DNA of 64,000 bases from Eledone cirrhosa (taxonomy: Eukaryota): the NCBI GenBank assembly GCA_964016885.1, contig OZ024742.1, forward strand, positions 88,722,001 to 88,786,000, in the 5' to 3' direction. Shown here in pieces: positions 14,081 through 28,005 of this stretch (positions are counted from its first letter, which is position 1; each line of letters starts with the position of its first letter). The position numbers and the translations under genes were made by a program. The notes under the pieces were generated by a model that worked only from the letters and a program-made list of their open reading frames with translations, had not been told where the DNA came from and ran no database searches.

Positions 14081-15443
14081 CAAAAAATTAGGTGCCGTAA
14101 TGCTGCACTATGTTTTCACCCTTCCTACATTGTGGTGAGTAATCAGCGAATCGAATCACACTGGTACTACTACATACACCGCTGCGCTCCCACTTCGGCA
14201 GTTAGAAAGTTGCTACTTAATCACTTTATACCTTATATGTAAGTCTACTGTACCACGAAGTAGCATTCTAACTGCATGATATTTAATTCCTTTGCATCAT
14301 CTTATACTATCCTTTATATTTACTTGTTTTATTTTATTTATTTTTTATTATATTTTACTAAATTCTTTCGGTTTTCCGCAACCTATCACTCTTCCACAAC
14401 CTATCACTCTTCTAAGTTATATACTCACTTAGTATCCATGCTTTTATACCCTATATGTATTTCTTATTTACACTTTACGTCCCGCTATATATTTGCAGTT
14501 TTCCCCAACATTCTAATGAAGCTTAAAGTAATACATAAATTTGTTTAGACTATAGTTCAAATACATATCCCTAAATAACAACAAAATACTACTAAACAAC
14601 CGTATACTAATTCATAAAACATGTAAGATACCAAAAGAATAATGATTGTCACTATACCTAGAATCTTCCTCATATCACATACTACAACGTTGTATATGGC
14701 CGTAAATATTGGATAACGATATCATAGATAATATAATTCTCAACAAACAAAAACACGGGATAATTATTACTATAGGGCGATCACAATTGACCGCGCTCAT
14801 ATATGACTAAATTACAACATCTAGTCATCTTTATCATTTCTCTATATCCATTTCGACATTCTAAACACTGCTGCTTATTTCATTTCTAAAAATTGATTAT
14901 AAACAAATATTATATGAATTGCATTCTATCACCAATGGCCATTTCGTTATCGCCTGGAGAGCCATTACGCAAGAAAATATGTGAGAACCTGTATAACATA
15001 ATCACATCTTACGCGCCGCACATACTATTTGCTTGAATACATGAAGGAAACATTGGATAATGTTTTCCAAGATATCCTACAGCTGGGATGCGGGCGATAT
15101 GTATGGTTTTTGTGAGAATGATCTTGTCGCCGAGAGAAATATGAATAAATCGTAGTCACAAAATAGGAATATTTAAACAGGAAATTCACGGATTTCTTTA
15201 TCTTCTACTGTACATGTAAAATAAGAGCTGCTAGACAGTGAAGAGGTAATAACATGACTGAGTAGACAGTTCACATGACTAGTTTCATTGCTGGAACATT
15301 TCTTCGTGACCATATGGTATATATATATTCTGAACAGGTTTATGCTACGAACACCTATTTCCTCAGTTAGACTAAACCACAGTCACACACAGACACAGAC
15401 ACACACACACACTTACATACATATATATATATATATGTATATT

Positions 15444-15479
<36 letters not shown>

Positions 15480-15483
<4 letters not shown>

Positions 15484-15678
15484 AATGAATATATGATATG
15501 GATAAACACTAATACCAGTATGTAAGTGTTTGTATTGCAAATGACCAAGTTAGCTAGATTGAAAAAATACTAATTAATATTTAATTAGTATTTTTCAATC
15601 TAGCTAACTTGGTCATTTGCAATACAAACACTTATATATTTGTATTAGTGTTTATCCATATCATATATTCATTTGTAT
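15480..15678. repeat. Near-perfect ~200 bp palindrome
   Basis: acaaatgaatatatgatatggataaacac...tactaattaa followed by ttaattagta...gtgtttatccatatcatatattcatttgt. A single arm recurs at 28880-28970. Confidence 0.9.
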
Positions 15679-15754
15679 TACACGGCTCAGAAATATCTCT
15701 TTCTTTGGGCTATTTAATTGTAAAAGACTGTTTGAGTTTATAACTCTATATATA

Positions 15755-15794
<40 letters not shown>

Positions 15795-16017
15795 CTATGT
15801 ATATATATATATATATATGTACATATATATGTACGTACATACACCCACACACACTCAGACATATATATATATAAAAAAATAGAATTGGAGCTCTGAAATA
15901 GCAATATATATATGAATGTATATATAATGTATTTTGCAATACACTTTATGGTTAAGTAAAAGCATTTTGAAGACCGTATGCTATTGTTTTAGAGTAGTGA
16001 CAAACTCACTTACTTTA

Positions 16018-16110
16018 ATCTCAGCAAACAGGGGAGATAACCCGACAAGGCCTTGTTTCGCATTTATTGATGCTTATCAAGGCTAACTACTCCCTCTTGT
16101 CTACTGAGAT
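16018..16110 (-). ncRNA. Type I hammerhead ribozyme, U3-A8 core variant (family B unit 1)
   Basis: The reverse complement reads ..tagcc-TTGATAA-GCAT-caataa-ATGC-GAAA-caaggccttg-TC-gggtta.. Stem III is the palindrome ACAAGGCCTTGT; stem I extends via atctcagtagaca/tgtttgctgagat. Confidence 0.75.
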
Positions 16111-16335
16111 CACTGATGTTATATTCTTATAGAATTCTAGTAAATAATCAGGAACTGATTATACAGAGCGGTTGCCGGTCAGGCAGAAATTAAAAATTAG
16201 AATTGGAGCTCTGAAATAGCAATATATATATGAATGTATATATAATGTATTTTGCAATACACTTTATGCTTAATTAAAAGCATTTTGAAGACCGTATGCT
16301 ATTGTTTTAGAGTAGTGACAAACTCACCTACTTTA

Positions 16336-16428
16336 ATCTCAGCAAACAGGGGAGATAAGCCGACAAGGCCTTGTTTCGCATTTATTGATGCTTATCAAGG
16401 TTAACTACTCCCTCCTGTCTACTGAGAT
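16336..16428 (-). ncRNA. Type I hammerhead ribozyme (family B unit 2)
   Basis: Same motif at +318. Confidence 0.75.
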
Positions 16429-16653
16429 CACTGGTGTTATATTCTTATAGAATTCTAGTAAATAATCAGGAACTGATTATACAGAGCGGTTGCCGGTCAG
16501 GCAGAAATTAAAAATTAGAATTGGAGCTCTGAAATAGCAATATATATATGAATGTATATATAATGTATTTTGCAATACACTTTATGCTTAATTAAAAGTA
16601 TTTTGAAGACTGTATGCTATTGTTTTAGAGTAGTGACAAACTCACTTACTTTA

Positions 16654-16722
16654 ATCTCAGCAAACAGGGGAGATAAGCCGACAAGGCCTTGTTTCGCATT
16701 TATTGATGCTTATCAAGGCTAA
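16654..16722 (-). ncRNA. Type I hammerhead ribozyme (family B unit 3, distal stem I cut by the inversion)
   Basis: agcc-TTGATAA...GAAA-caaggccttg-TC-ggct core is intact. Confidence 0.7.
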
Positions 16723-16829
16723 GCATAAAGTGTATTGCAAAATACATTATATATACATTCATATATATATTGCTATTTCAGAGCTCCAATTCTAATTTTT
16801 AATTAGAATTGGAGCTCTGAACACTAAAT

Positions 16830-17480
16830 AGCGAAAAGCTTCTGTTGAATAACCGAAAGCATTGAATGCATTGGTTTTTCTTTGGTGAGCAACGAATTGA
16901 CCAGGATTCTCCCAAAACAGACGATTATGCAGAGATCCTAAAGATCTACGCACAGAAAGTTTCCTGCAACTGTGATCGATTTCTGAGTCATAAGCAACGA
17001 GGGAGATAACACAACTCCTCACTTCTTACCTCGCAGTTGATGTATCAATGCCCCTAATTATAATGATGCGTTGGAGAGGCTTGTGAGGCCCTAGATAAAG
17101 TGGTTGAGCAAAAGAAGAACATAAACCAACCATGAATTGTGTCCCGTCCCATATTGCCAAGACCCCCAATGAATGGCTGAGTTATAACCTTCACTACCTT
17201 GTTACCCTAAACATATAGACGTCTATATCTTTGGGCCTGAATCCGATTGACTATTACGTATGGGGCTTACGGGATAAGGAGATCAATCAACGTACACATA
17301 ACCCTATAACAATTCTGAAGTCCACCGTAATCAACATCATAACCAAAATAGATAAAGACCAACTGATTTTTGAGTGTCAATGTTTAAATCATGCATTGAA
17401 GCAGTCATCAATGCTAACGTCAGATTCATTCAATAAATGCGTCAAGAAGAGTTTAAAAATTATTCTTGCTTCTTTTGTTC
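16830..17480 (+). mobile_element. Degenerate Tc1/mariner-superfamily transposase relic
   Basis: GLNPIDYYVWG (cf. SPDLNP.DY.VW) followed by INQRTHN.ITILKSTV... Confidence 0.65.
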
Positions 17481-18365
17481 TGAAATAAATGTCTTCTTGC
17501 ATAACATTTGCACTTTTTACTAAATTCTTGCTAATGTCCTCAAGGAAAATACCAACAATGCATACGCTACAGACGTTTTCTTAATTTATTTTGTATGAAT
17601 AACTGTACATGCAGCTATAAATATTGGGCTTACGCAGTTTATTGCTAGCGGATATTATTATGTTAACTATCATAGAATTTCTGTGATTTAAATATTAATG
17701 ACTTTTCATCAAATCTTCATATTTCGTGACTGACCACCGCAAGTTTGTATGCCTTAAATATATTCGTTCCCAGTATTTTAGTATGCAGGCTCTTCCCTGG
17801 GCCAGTTTCATCAAATAAAACGGCTGTGTATCCTTGCTAAACTTAAATGTATATAACTGTGTTTGTAAGTTTTCCAGCAAGAGTGACCATGTGTACGTAC
17901 GGTGTCAATGTGTGTATTCGTTCGACTCTTGGAACGGGTTATATTAGAAGTGACGGATTTTCAGATACATGATGTACACAATTCCAAATGAAAATATTTA
18001 CGTATGTGCACGTTTGGATTTGGAATGCTCGTCTCATTTGTGTATGCTTGTTCTTATTAAATGTGTAACACAATTACTGTGAATTTGTCTGCTTACGAGA
18101 TTCAGTAAAACTTGTGAAAGTTTGTAAAAGCATGTAATTGTATTGCTCTACTTTAAAGGCTTGTGAATCTTTTCAACGTAATATTTTATTAGTATTCAAT
18201 CTTTTACTATGCGTCATTTGTATTTCAACATCAAATTATCCATATAGAATGTGAGAGATAACATTAGATATATATGATATATCTATAAAGGCAAGTTTGA
18301 AAATAGTGGCGTTTTTTTATCACTGTAGATATATATATTATATATACTTATATATACATATGTAC

Positions 18366-18538
<173 letters not shown>

Positions 18539-18574
18539 CTGAGAAAGAGAGAGAGAAACATAGTGAGGAGACAG

Positions 18575-18840
18575 AGAGGGAGGAAAAGCGAATTAAGGAT
18601 AGAGAGATAGTATGTGTGTTAATGTGTTTGTGAGGCTATCCCAACATTGGTCGTTAAATTGGCTGACAGCATTGAATATTAAAGAAATTGAAGATTAAAA
18701 GTGCGAGAGCGTTTTTGTTTTCGTATACGTATATAAGCATATATATATGTATATATGCAATGTTGGGATAGCCTCACAAACACATACACACATTCACACA
18801 CATATTATCGCTCTATCTTAATCCTCTTTTCCTCCCTCTC
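18575..18840. repeat. Inverted repeat, ~75 bp arms around a ~110 bp spacer
   Basis: gagggaggaaaag...tgtgtttgtgaggctatcccaacattg pairs with caatgttgggatagcctcacaaacaca...cttttcctccctc. Confidence 0.8.
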
Positions 18841-18975
18841 CCTCTCTCTCCCTTTCTCTCTGCATATACATATATATATATATATAAGTATATATACTAC
18901 ATACTACATCTGTACACATAAAAGATGCCACAATTTTCAAACTTGCGTTTATAGATATATCATACATATCTAATA

Positions 18976-19081
<106 letters not shown>

Positions 19082-19299
19082 TATACACATATATATATAT
19101 ATGTGTGTGTGTGTGTGCGCGCGCGCGGATGGCGGCGAAGCAGGACTAAGATACGGTGTGTATGCGTTTATATATATATATATACATACATTAAGGGTGA
19201 AAGCAGCGATTCTTTGCTTAAACTTTAATGTGTTATTTTAATAAATATATATATATATATATATATATAAGATCAAAAGATGGTTAAAGGAGTTCCATG

Positions 19300-19370
19300 T
19301 ATTTTATTATGCGCATTTCAAAAACAAACATCATCATGCAATAATATTTGTGTTTTCATCAGATAAAACA
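19300..19370 (-). ncRNA. Type I hammerhead ribozyme, left arm of the palindrome
   Basis: Reverse complement of the motif at 21419-21489. Confidence 0.72.
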
Positions 19371-21418
19371 GGAGAACATGATATGAAGGCTAAAAAACAC
19401 TTGTGGATAGTGCAGTTTTAAATCAACATACGAAAAGTAGTTTTAGATTGATGTGTGATATTGGGAAAAATATTTTATTTAGAGAGGGGGGTGGAAAGGA
19501 TCAAAGAAGGGGAGGAGATGAGAGTGAAGGTGGAGAGGGAGAGATGGGTGATAGAGAGAAAGAGATATTTTTTATAACTGAGAAAAGATATATTGTTTTA
19601 CATAGAGAGGTTGAGAACCGTTGGAAGATAATGTATAAATTAAAAGAATTTGAAAATTAACGAAGGGAAAGAGAGGGAGTTGATATGTATTGAGATTAAA
19701 AAGTTTGAAGATAGAGAGAAAAAAATAATAATTGCGGATGAATATTCTAACGTCAAAAAGGTGTATGTTTATAAGTATTATGGCAATTTCAAAATTAACG
19801 AAGAGAAAAAATGATTAAGGTTTGTGTGTTGAAGTTAAAGTTTGTATATTGAAGGAATTGATTATATGTGCGAATAAAGAGTTAATATGTATTAAAATTA
19901 TTAAGGTTTGTGTATTAGATGATTTGAGAAAAATAATGTGAAGTTAAGGTATTTATATTGAAGGAATTGATAATTTGTGCGAAGAAAGAGTTAATATGTA
20001 TTAAGAATGAGTTAGTTGATGGGAAGAAAAAAATATATTATTAAGGATGAATATTCTAGCGTCAAAAGAAGGAGAGGGAGTTAATGTATTGAGATTCAAA
20101 AGTTTGATGATGGAGAGAAAAATAATAATAATTGCGGATGAATATTCTAACGTCAAAAAAACAAATGTATATGTTATGAAGGATTTTACAAGGTGAAGAT
20201 AGAATGAGAGTAATGAGTAAACAAGTATTATAGAGTGTATAATGCCCTTTGAAGTAAGGTAGGAAGATGGGTATATTTTAAAGAGGTGTATGTATATGTG
20301 CCTTTGAGAAAAGATTCTAAATTGATAATGAATTGAGAATTTAGAATTAGGAATTTAGAATCTTTTCTCAAAGGCACATATACATACACCTCTTTAAAAT
20401 ATACCCATCTTCCTACCTTACTTCAAAGGGCATTATACACTCTATAATACTTGTTTACTCATTACCCTCATTCTATCTTCACCTTGTAAAATCCTTCATA
20501 ACATATACATTTGTTTTTTTGACGTTAGAATATTCATCCGCAATTATTATTATTTTTTCTCTCCATCATCAAACTTTTGAATCTCAATACATTAACTCCT
20601 TCTCCTTCTTTTGACGCTAGAATATTCATCCTTAATAATATATTTTTTTCTTCCCATCAACTAACTCATTCTTAATACATATTAACTCTTTCTTCGCACA
20701 TATAATCAATTCCTTCAATATACAAACTTTAACTTCAACACACAAACCTTAATAATTTTTTCTCTTCGTTAATTTTGAAATTGCCATAATACTTATAAAC
20801 ATACACCTTTTTGACGTTAGAATATTCATCCGCAATTATTATTTGTTTCTCTCTATCTTCAAACTGTTTAATCTCAATACATATCAACTCCCTCTCTTTC
20901 TCTTCGTTAATTTTCAAATTCTTTTAATTTATACATTATCTTCCAACGGTTCTCAACCTCTCTATGTAAAACAATATATCTTTTCCCAGTTATAAAAACT
21001 ATCTCTTTCTCTCTATCACCCATCTCTCCCTTTCCACCTTCACTCTCATCTCCTCCCCTTTTTTCATCCTTTCCACCCCCTCTCTAAATAAAATATTTTT
21101 TCCTCGTACATATTTTTCCCTTCGTTAATTTTCAAATTCTTTTAATTCATACATTATCTTCCAACTGTTTTCAACCTCTCTATGTAAAACAATATATCTT
21201 CTCTCAGTTATAAAAACTATCTCTTTCTCTCTATCACCCATCTCTCCCTCTCCACCTTCACTCTCATCTCCTCCCCTTCTTTCATCCTTTCCACCCCCCT
21301 CCCTCTCTAAATAAAATATTTTTCCCAATATCACACATCAATCTAAAACTACTTTTCATATGTTGATTTAAAACTGCACTATCCACAAGTGTTTTTTAGC
21401 CTTCATATCATGTTCTCC

Positions 21419-21489
21419 TGTTTTATCTGATGAAAACACAAATATTATTGCATGATGATGTTTGTTTTTGAAATGCGCATAATAAAATA
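21419..21489 (+). ncRNA. Type I hammerhead ribozyme, right arm of the palindrome
   Basis: tgttttat-CTGATGA-aaacacaaatattattgcatgatgatgtttgttttt-GAAA-tgcgca-TA-ataaaata. Stem I is 8 bp, stem III is the palindrome ATGCGCAT, and the site is AUA. Confidence 0.72.
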
Positions 21490-21610
21490 CATGGAACTCC
21501 TTTAACCATCTTTTGATCTTATATATTATGTATACTCCAGTCCTACAAACTGTAGAGTGCTTCTTATCCGATATCTGCATTGCTTTATTGTACTACAATA
21601 AAACTCACCT

Positions 21611-21642
<32 letters not shown>

Positions 21643-21645
<3 letters not shown>

Positions 21646-21689
21646 AATAGAATGAAACGAAATTTCATTTCTCACTCTTAGTACGGCAG

Positions 21690-21692
<3 letters not shown>
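21643..21692. repeat. Short fragment of family A
   Basis: atgaaacgaaatttcatttctcactcttagtacggc matches 1312-1348; it lies between (TA)n tracts. Confidence 0.8.
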
Positions 21693-21773
<81 letters not shown>

Positions 21774-22168
21774 CCATTTAATTTTTAATTTGTCATTTCC
21801 ACAATTATTCTAAAAATATTTTCTTCGTCTATTTTTCAATCGATCAGATAGAATAAGACAAATTTTCATCAGGAATTGTAAGATGACTTAAAAGTTGAAG
21901 AAATGATTTCCCAAGAGGGTGCTGGAGGAGAAAAATGAAGATTAAAATAGTGGCTTGTTTATAACACAAGTGGATATGGATGACAATTTATGGAAATAAA
22001 AATAAATTGCGATGAGTATAAGTGCATAGAACAAAGGTTCAATTTCCTATTTTAGATAAACATTTCAGTGCATATATGCTGCCTATTACACATTCCTCGT
22101 TCTCTGTCTCACTCTCTCTCTCCCTCTCTCTCTCTCTTTCTCGCTCTCTCTCTCTCTCTCTCTACATA

Positions 22169-22273
<105 letters not shown>

Positions 22274-22446
22274 ATTTGTACTTTTATGCATTTTAGTCAT
22301 TATACTGGGGCCATTGTATTTACTCGTCGAACATATAGACTTCTGTGCCTTGCCTTTTAAATTGTGTTTTACTGATATCAATACGTCGAACTGACAATTT
22401 ACGCGAGACGGAGTGACTGTAAACCCCAAAACACACACATGATTGC

Positions 22447-22514
<68 letters not shown>

Positions 22515-23273
22515 AAAGGAAAAGATTGACTTCACTTCTAGTTCTAAACAATTTGATTTAATTTCATAATATATCTGGTAAGTTCTTTGTTAATTTCGGT
22601 GGGAAGACTTTTAAAGATTCCTGGTTAACTTTCCTGGAGAACTTTCTCACATTCGTCGTTTGCGATTATCAAACTGGTATCATGTTGTGTTGTAATGTGT
22701 GTCTCTATATAGAAGAGAGATTTGCGTATGTCTGGTGGGGTGGTTGTTAATGAGGGTGGGAGTGAAGGAGTATTGATGAAGACTTAAAGGAATTAAAGCA
22801 TATATATATACACACAAGGGCTGAAAGAAAATAGTGATGGAGAGTGATGTTGGGAGGTGCTGTGGTGTTTAAGGACTGTTTCTTTTAAAGTCCTTGTGAA
22901 AGTTCTCTCCATTTCAATAAACGAACTTTGGTGGATTAATATAATGGCCACTTGCTTTTCAAATTCTTTCTCATAGCTGAATGAAATATCTTAAATTTGT
23001 AAAGAAAAATTTCAATAATTTTCTGTATTGAAGATAAATTTGGGTATGTCTGTGTGTGAGGGGGTGGCGGCGAAGCATGACTAAGATATATGTCTTTTGA
23101 TAAAAAGACGATGACAGCAAAGAGAAAATAAGGTTACTTTTGGAATATGTGTTGATAGAAATGACTGCCGTTAATATTGGTTTGGGAGGAGAGATGGGGA
23201 TGGACCAGTCTAGCTTACATATTTACTTCCGTACATATAAACATACTTGCATCCCATATACATATTCTAGTTC

Positions 23274-23351
23274 ATACATACCCATATATATACACATGCA
23301 CAAGCACTCACACATATATACTTATATAGACATACACATACAGACATTGAT

Positions 23352-23397
<46 letters not shown>

Positions 23398-23469
23398 ATG
23401 TCTGTATGTGTATGTGTATATAAGTATATATGTCTGAGTGCTTGTGCATGTGTAAATATATGGGTATGT
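23274..23469. repeat. Palindrome centred on (TA)n
   Basis: catacccatata..acatgcacaagcactca..cagacattga-(TA)n-tcaatgtctg..tgagtgcttgtgcatgtgt..tatgggtatg. Confidence 0.85.
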
Positions 23470-23546
23470 ATTTTTTTCTCTCTCTCGATACGTAAATACT
23501 ATATTACCGTGCTCCTTGTGTAGAGCACCTCACTTTATTTGCCATA

Positions 23547-26330
23547 ATGTTAGAGAATCAGCCGTTACCCATGTCTCTCAAGTGTATCCCCTTACCCAGC
23601 CGAAAAATCTACCTCAAACAACTTATAGACGCTACTAACTCGTTTATACGGAGAGTCGGATGGAAGGCCTACCACCTAGATAAGAACACCCGTAACCTTC
23701 CTGAACCTAAAGACAGGTATGACTTCAACACATACAGAAACCCACCGCACAACACCTTACTAGACTCCTTTGAGGAGGACCTGCTGAAAATGATCAGAAA
23801 CGTTAAGTTTAAAAAGAAACACCGATGCAGCAATCCATTCTTAACGTCCCTTGATACGCTCATCACTAAGATCAAGAATGACCCACACCTCTTCGTCACC
23901 TCCGACAAAACCAAGAAGCTGTACAAGATAGACGCGAGCAAGTATAAATAATTCATTTATAAAGAACTACACAAAGATTACAAAAAGACACCCATTAGTA
24001 CCCTAAATGACATAACTAAAGTAGGGAAGGATAGAGTTACCAGCTTAGAAATAGAAAAGTACTAAAACCCGTACGTCCCTCTGACGCCTAGATTCTCCCT
24101 TAAGGATCACAAATGTAACTTCAATGAAAGCCCCTCTATTATACTAATATGTCCCTGTACATCTGATATAGGTAATATAAGTAAAGTGATCCTCGATAGA
24201 GTACTATTGGAGCTTAATTGAAAGGCTAAGTTCTGCCTCTGGGGCAACACCGACCAAGTCATAAATTGGTTCACTGATTTGCCTGATAAAGCGACCCTGA
24301 AGTTCATCTAGTTTAACATAGATAGTTACTACGCCTCTCTCTCCCCCATACTCTTAAATAAGGCACTCATATTAGCTAAATCTAAAACTAGCCTCACTCA
24401 CTAAAAAAGAAATAGACATAGTTCTAGCGGCGCGTAGAACCATTATCCAGTTCGAAGGCTCCCACTGGACCAGAACCAACCGTCCTGATGATTTCGATAT
24501 CACAATGGGGTCCAGCGACTCAGCGCAAGCAACTGACTTGGTCGGAATATACCTCCTCCATAAGCTTAGGGACGAGATACCGGCCCTACAAGGAGGTGTA
24601 TATTGGGACGACGCCCTGTTTACCGTGGGGAACCATAGCCCTCGTAGGATAGAGAACCTTAACAAACATATACACAGGTTCTTCAAGTCATACTGCCTAT
24701 ACGTAACTATAGACCTCAACCACCATGTTGTCAACTTCCTGGACGTGACCCTGGAGTTGAGTGGGGTCTATACAAGCCATACCATAAGCCTGGAGAGAGC
24801 CTTTCTCATATTAATTATGCCTCCAATCACCCTAGGCAGACTCAAAACTCCATAGTCTATAGCATCTCACATAGGATCTCGAGTCTCTTCGCCAATGAGG
24901 ATATCTTCAAACAAGCGGCAGAATACTACAATAGGGCCTTAATAAGCGATGGCTTTAAACGAGAAATTTACTACATCCCTAACGCTAGCTCCAGAAACCA
25001 CCGCCCTCATAAGACGAACATTATAGCAAGCCATACCTATAACCGATCACGCGGCGACCTCATAGGAGTCGGATGTAATAGTATAGATAATCGCACTAAG
25101 GAACACTGCCGCAACGTTAATTACACTGGCGATAGTATAGGTAACATACGACACAATAAGGATCACGACCACGGTGGCAGTGACCACTGAAGCCTACTTG
25201 AATTATTCCCCTACTATAAAATCAACAAATGCGACGGCCTACTGTCAACGCCTTCCAACCAACATCTTCCTGTACATAAACATAGAAGAAGGAAGAAGAG
25301 TGCACCCGAGCATAAAGTTAAAGGGACACGGTAACGGGCTACAGCGCATCAACATGCATAAGAACGGTCACCCTGGTGGAACCGCCCGTAGCAAACGTAC
25401 AAGGACACGTAATCACCACCGTAACGTCCTATGGTTCCATCCTCCCTATTCTCGGAGTGTAGCCTCCAACATACCCCGGATATTCTTCGAAGCCTTAGAG
25501 AAGAACTTCCCACCCAACCATAGGTATAGAAAAATCCTTAATAGGAACAATATAAAAATATCCTTCACTACTACTCCTAACCTAGCAGACATAATAGGAA
25601 CAACTAATCACAGTAATATAACCAAGACACAGCACCTTAGCACAGACGCACCTACACCTGACCATAACTATATCGGCCTTAACGACTCCCTAGCAGCACC
25701 CAATAGTGCTGGCAACAGCCTCTACAGACGCAACCAGCATAACCGCGACATGACTGGGGAACATGCAGGACATGACGTGCGGAAATTATAATGGTACCAC
25801 CCCGCGCACAGTGGTTTATGATGGTGCTACCGACAGGTGCGGGAGCGTTGGTAACAACGTAGATAGCAATAATGGTAGCCTTACCGTGGGAATTAGAAGG
25901 GACCGCGACAGAAATTGCAACTGCCGAGACAGGGAACACTGCCCCCTTAGGGGATACTGCTTGACTGATAGGGTTATGTATAGGTGCACAGTAACTAGCC
26001 ACAATTACTTTAAACATTATATAGGGGCTATCTCAGGCCCGTTCAAAATTAGATTTCGAAATCATCTCGACTCTTTCACAAATAAGAAATTAAGACACTC
26101 CACTTCGCTCGCGGACTACATCACATCATTAAAATAATTAAACATCAGCTTCCCCACGCACTGGGATATTGTCGGCATGGCTGCACCGTACAACTTCAAG
26201 AAGAAGTGCGATGTTTACCTCATATAGCTCTGCCACATCATAACGGCACCCGACGAGCTCATCAACAGCATAGCTGAAACGACGATCAGCTGTACCCAAC
26301 GCTTAAAAAGATGGGATAAGGATGAGGAGT
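23547..26330 (+). pseudogene. PLE polyprotein: reverse transcriptase + GIY-YIG endonuclease, with stops and frameshifts
   Basis: FIRRVGWKAYH; SDKTKKLYK; LKDHK; FDITMGSSDSAQATDLVGIYLL; GGVYWDDAL; VNFLDVTL; WFHPPYS; CNCRDREHCPLRGYCL..VMY...YIGAISGPFKIRFRNHLDSF. Confidence 0.92.
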
Positions 26331-26706
26331 GAAACCGTACACCGGGTCTCCCTGCAACAAGCTTTAACACCCCAGCGGGTAGGCGCTGCAAAAAAACATC
26401 CGGAAACTAATCATGCATCCCAGACCCACGTTCAAATGACCCAGGTGGACAGGTGCAATTAACAAACGTCTCAAAACAAACGTTGCTTACCTGAACCTGT
26501 GCGTATCAACAATGCTAAGGTTGTAACCACATCTTGTAACGGATAGAAAATTTGACCGGGAAAGACTGCCCTAACAACGGCCAGAGTTACTTCCCTTTAC
26601 CTACTGCAAAATCAAAACACGCTTTTTTTGCGAAGAATGACTCTGACGTGAACTTACCTCCAAAAACACTTTCCGGGACATGTAATGAACACTCTTAGTT
26701 ATTTAT

Positions 26707-26745
26707 GCCCTTGAGAAGCCCATCCGGGCGAAACGTACGTAGGTG
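26707..26745 (+). ncRNA. Minimal hammerhead-like motif (U3-A8 variant) at the PLE 3' end
   Basis: cc-TTGAGAA-GCCC-atcc-GGGC-GAAA-cgtacg-TA-gg. Stem III is the palindrome ACGTACGT and stem I is short. An AATAAA follows. Confidence 0.65.
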
Positions 26746-26958
26746 CTGTTATAAATAAACATATATTAACGGCCTGTTATCCTATCTTACTTTTCCACAT
26801 TCTTACGCTCTGCTAATTCTCTCGCCCATTAATATTAACACTTCCAATATTTAACACTGCCGGCACTAGTGTTGAGAACCTTCTGCATACGCTCTTTGGC
26901 AAATAACCGCATGTATCACCTATCCTTCCTTTTTTACTCTCTCTCTCTCGATACGTAA

Positions 26959-27745
<787 letters not shown>

Positions 27746-27768
27746 TTATATATATATATATATATACC

Positions 27769-27811
<43 letters not shown>

Positions 27812-27887
27812 CTACATATACATATATATATATATATTTACCTACATATACATCTATATCTATATATATCTATATATACATATATAC

Positions 27888-27964
<77 letters not shown>

Positions 27965-28005
27965 TATAAGTATTAATAAAATAGATGTTCTTTTGAACAA
28001 TAACA

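Larger units (their letters stand above)
15878..16820 (-). mobile_element. 318-bp tandem repeat with one HHR per unit plus a terminal inverted segment (family B, retrozyme-like)
   Basis: agaattggagctctgaaatagc at 15881, 16199 and 16517 (period 318). The third unit breaks at 16722 and continues as an inverted copy to ~16803. Confidence 0.88.
19262..21526. repeat. ~2.26 kb palindrome (arms ~1.06 and ~1.17 kb) with an HHR near each outer end
   Basis: Outer ends: ataagatcaaaagatggttaaaggagttccatg / catggaactcctttaaccatcttttgatcttat. Centre: gagaaaagattctaaatt..~25 nt..aatttagaatcttttctc at ~20340. Confidence 0.95.

Noticed and set aside
15878-16722. CRISPR-like regular repeat
   Set aside because: Whole 318-bp units repeat with no unique spacers, and the context is eukaryotic.
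21830-21880. CTGATGA...GAAA (minus)
   Set aside because: Stems II and III do not pair.
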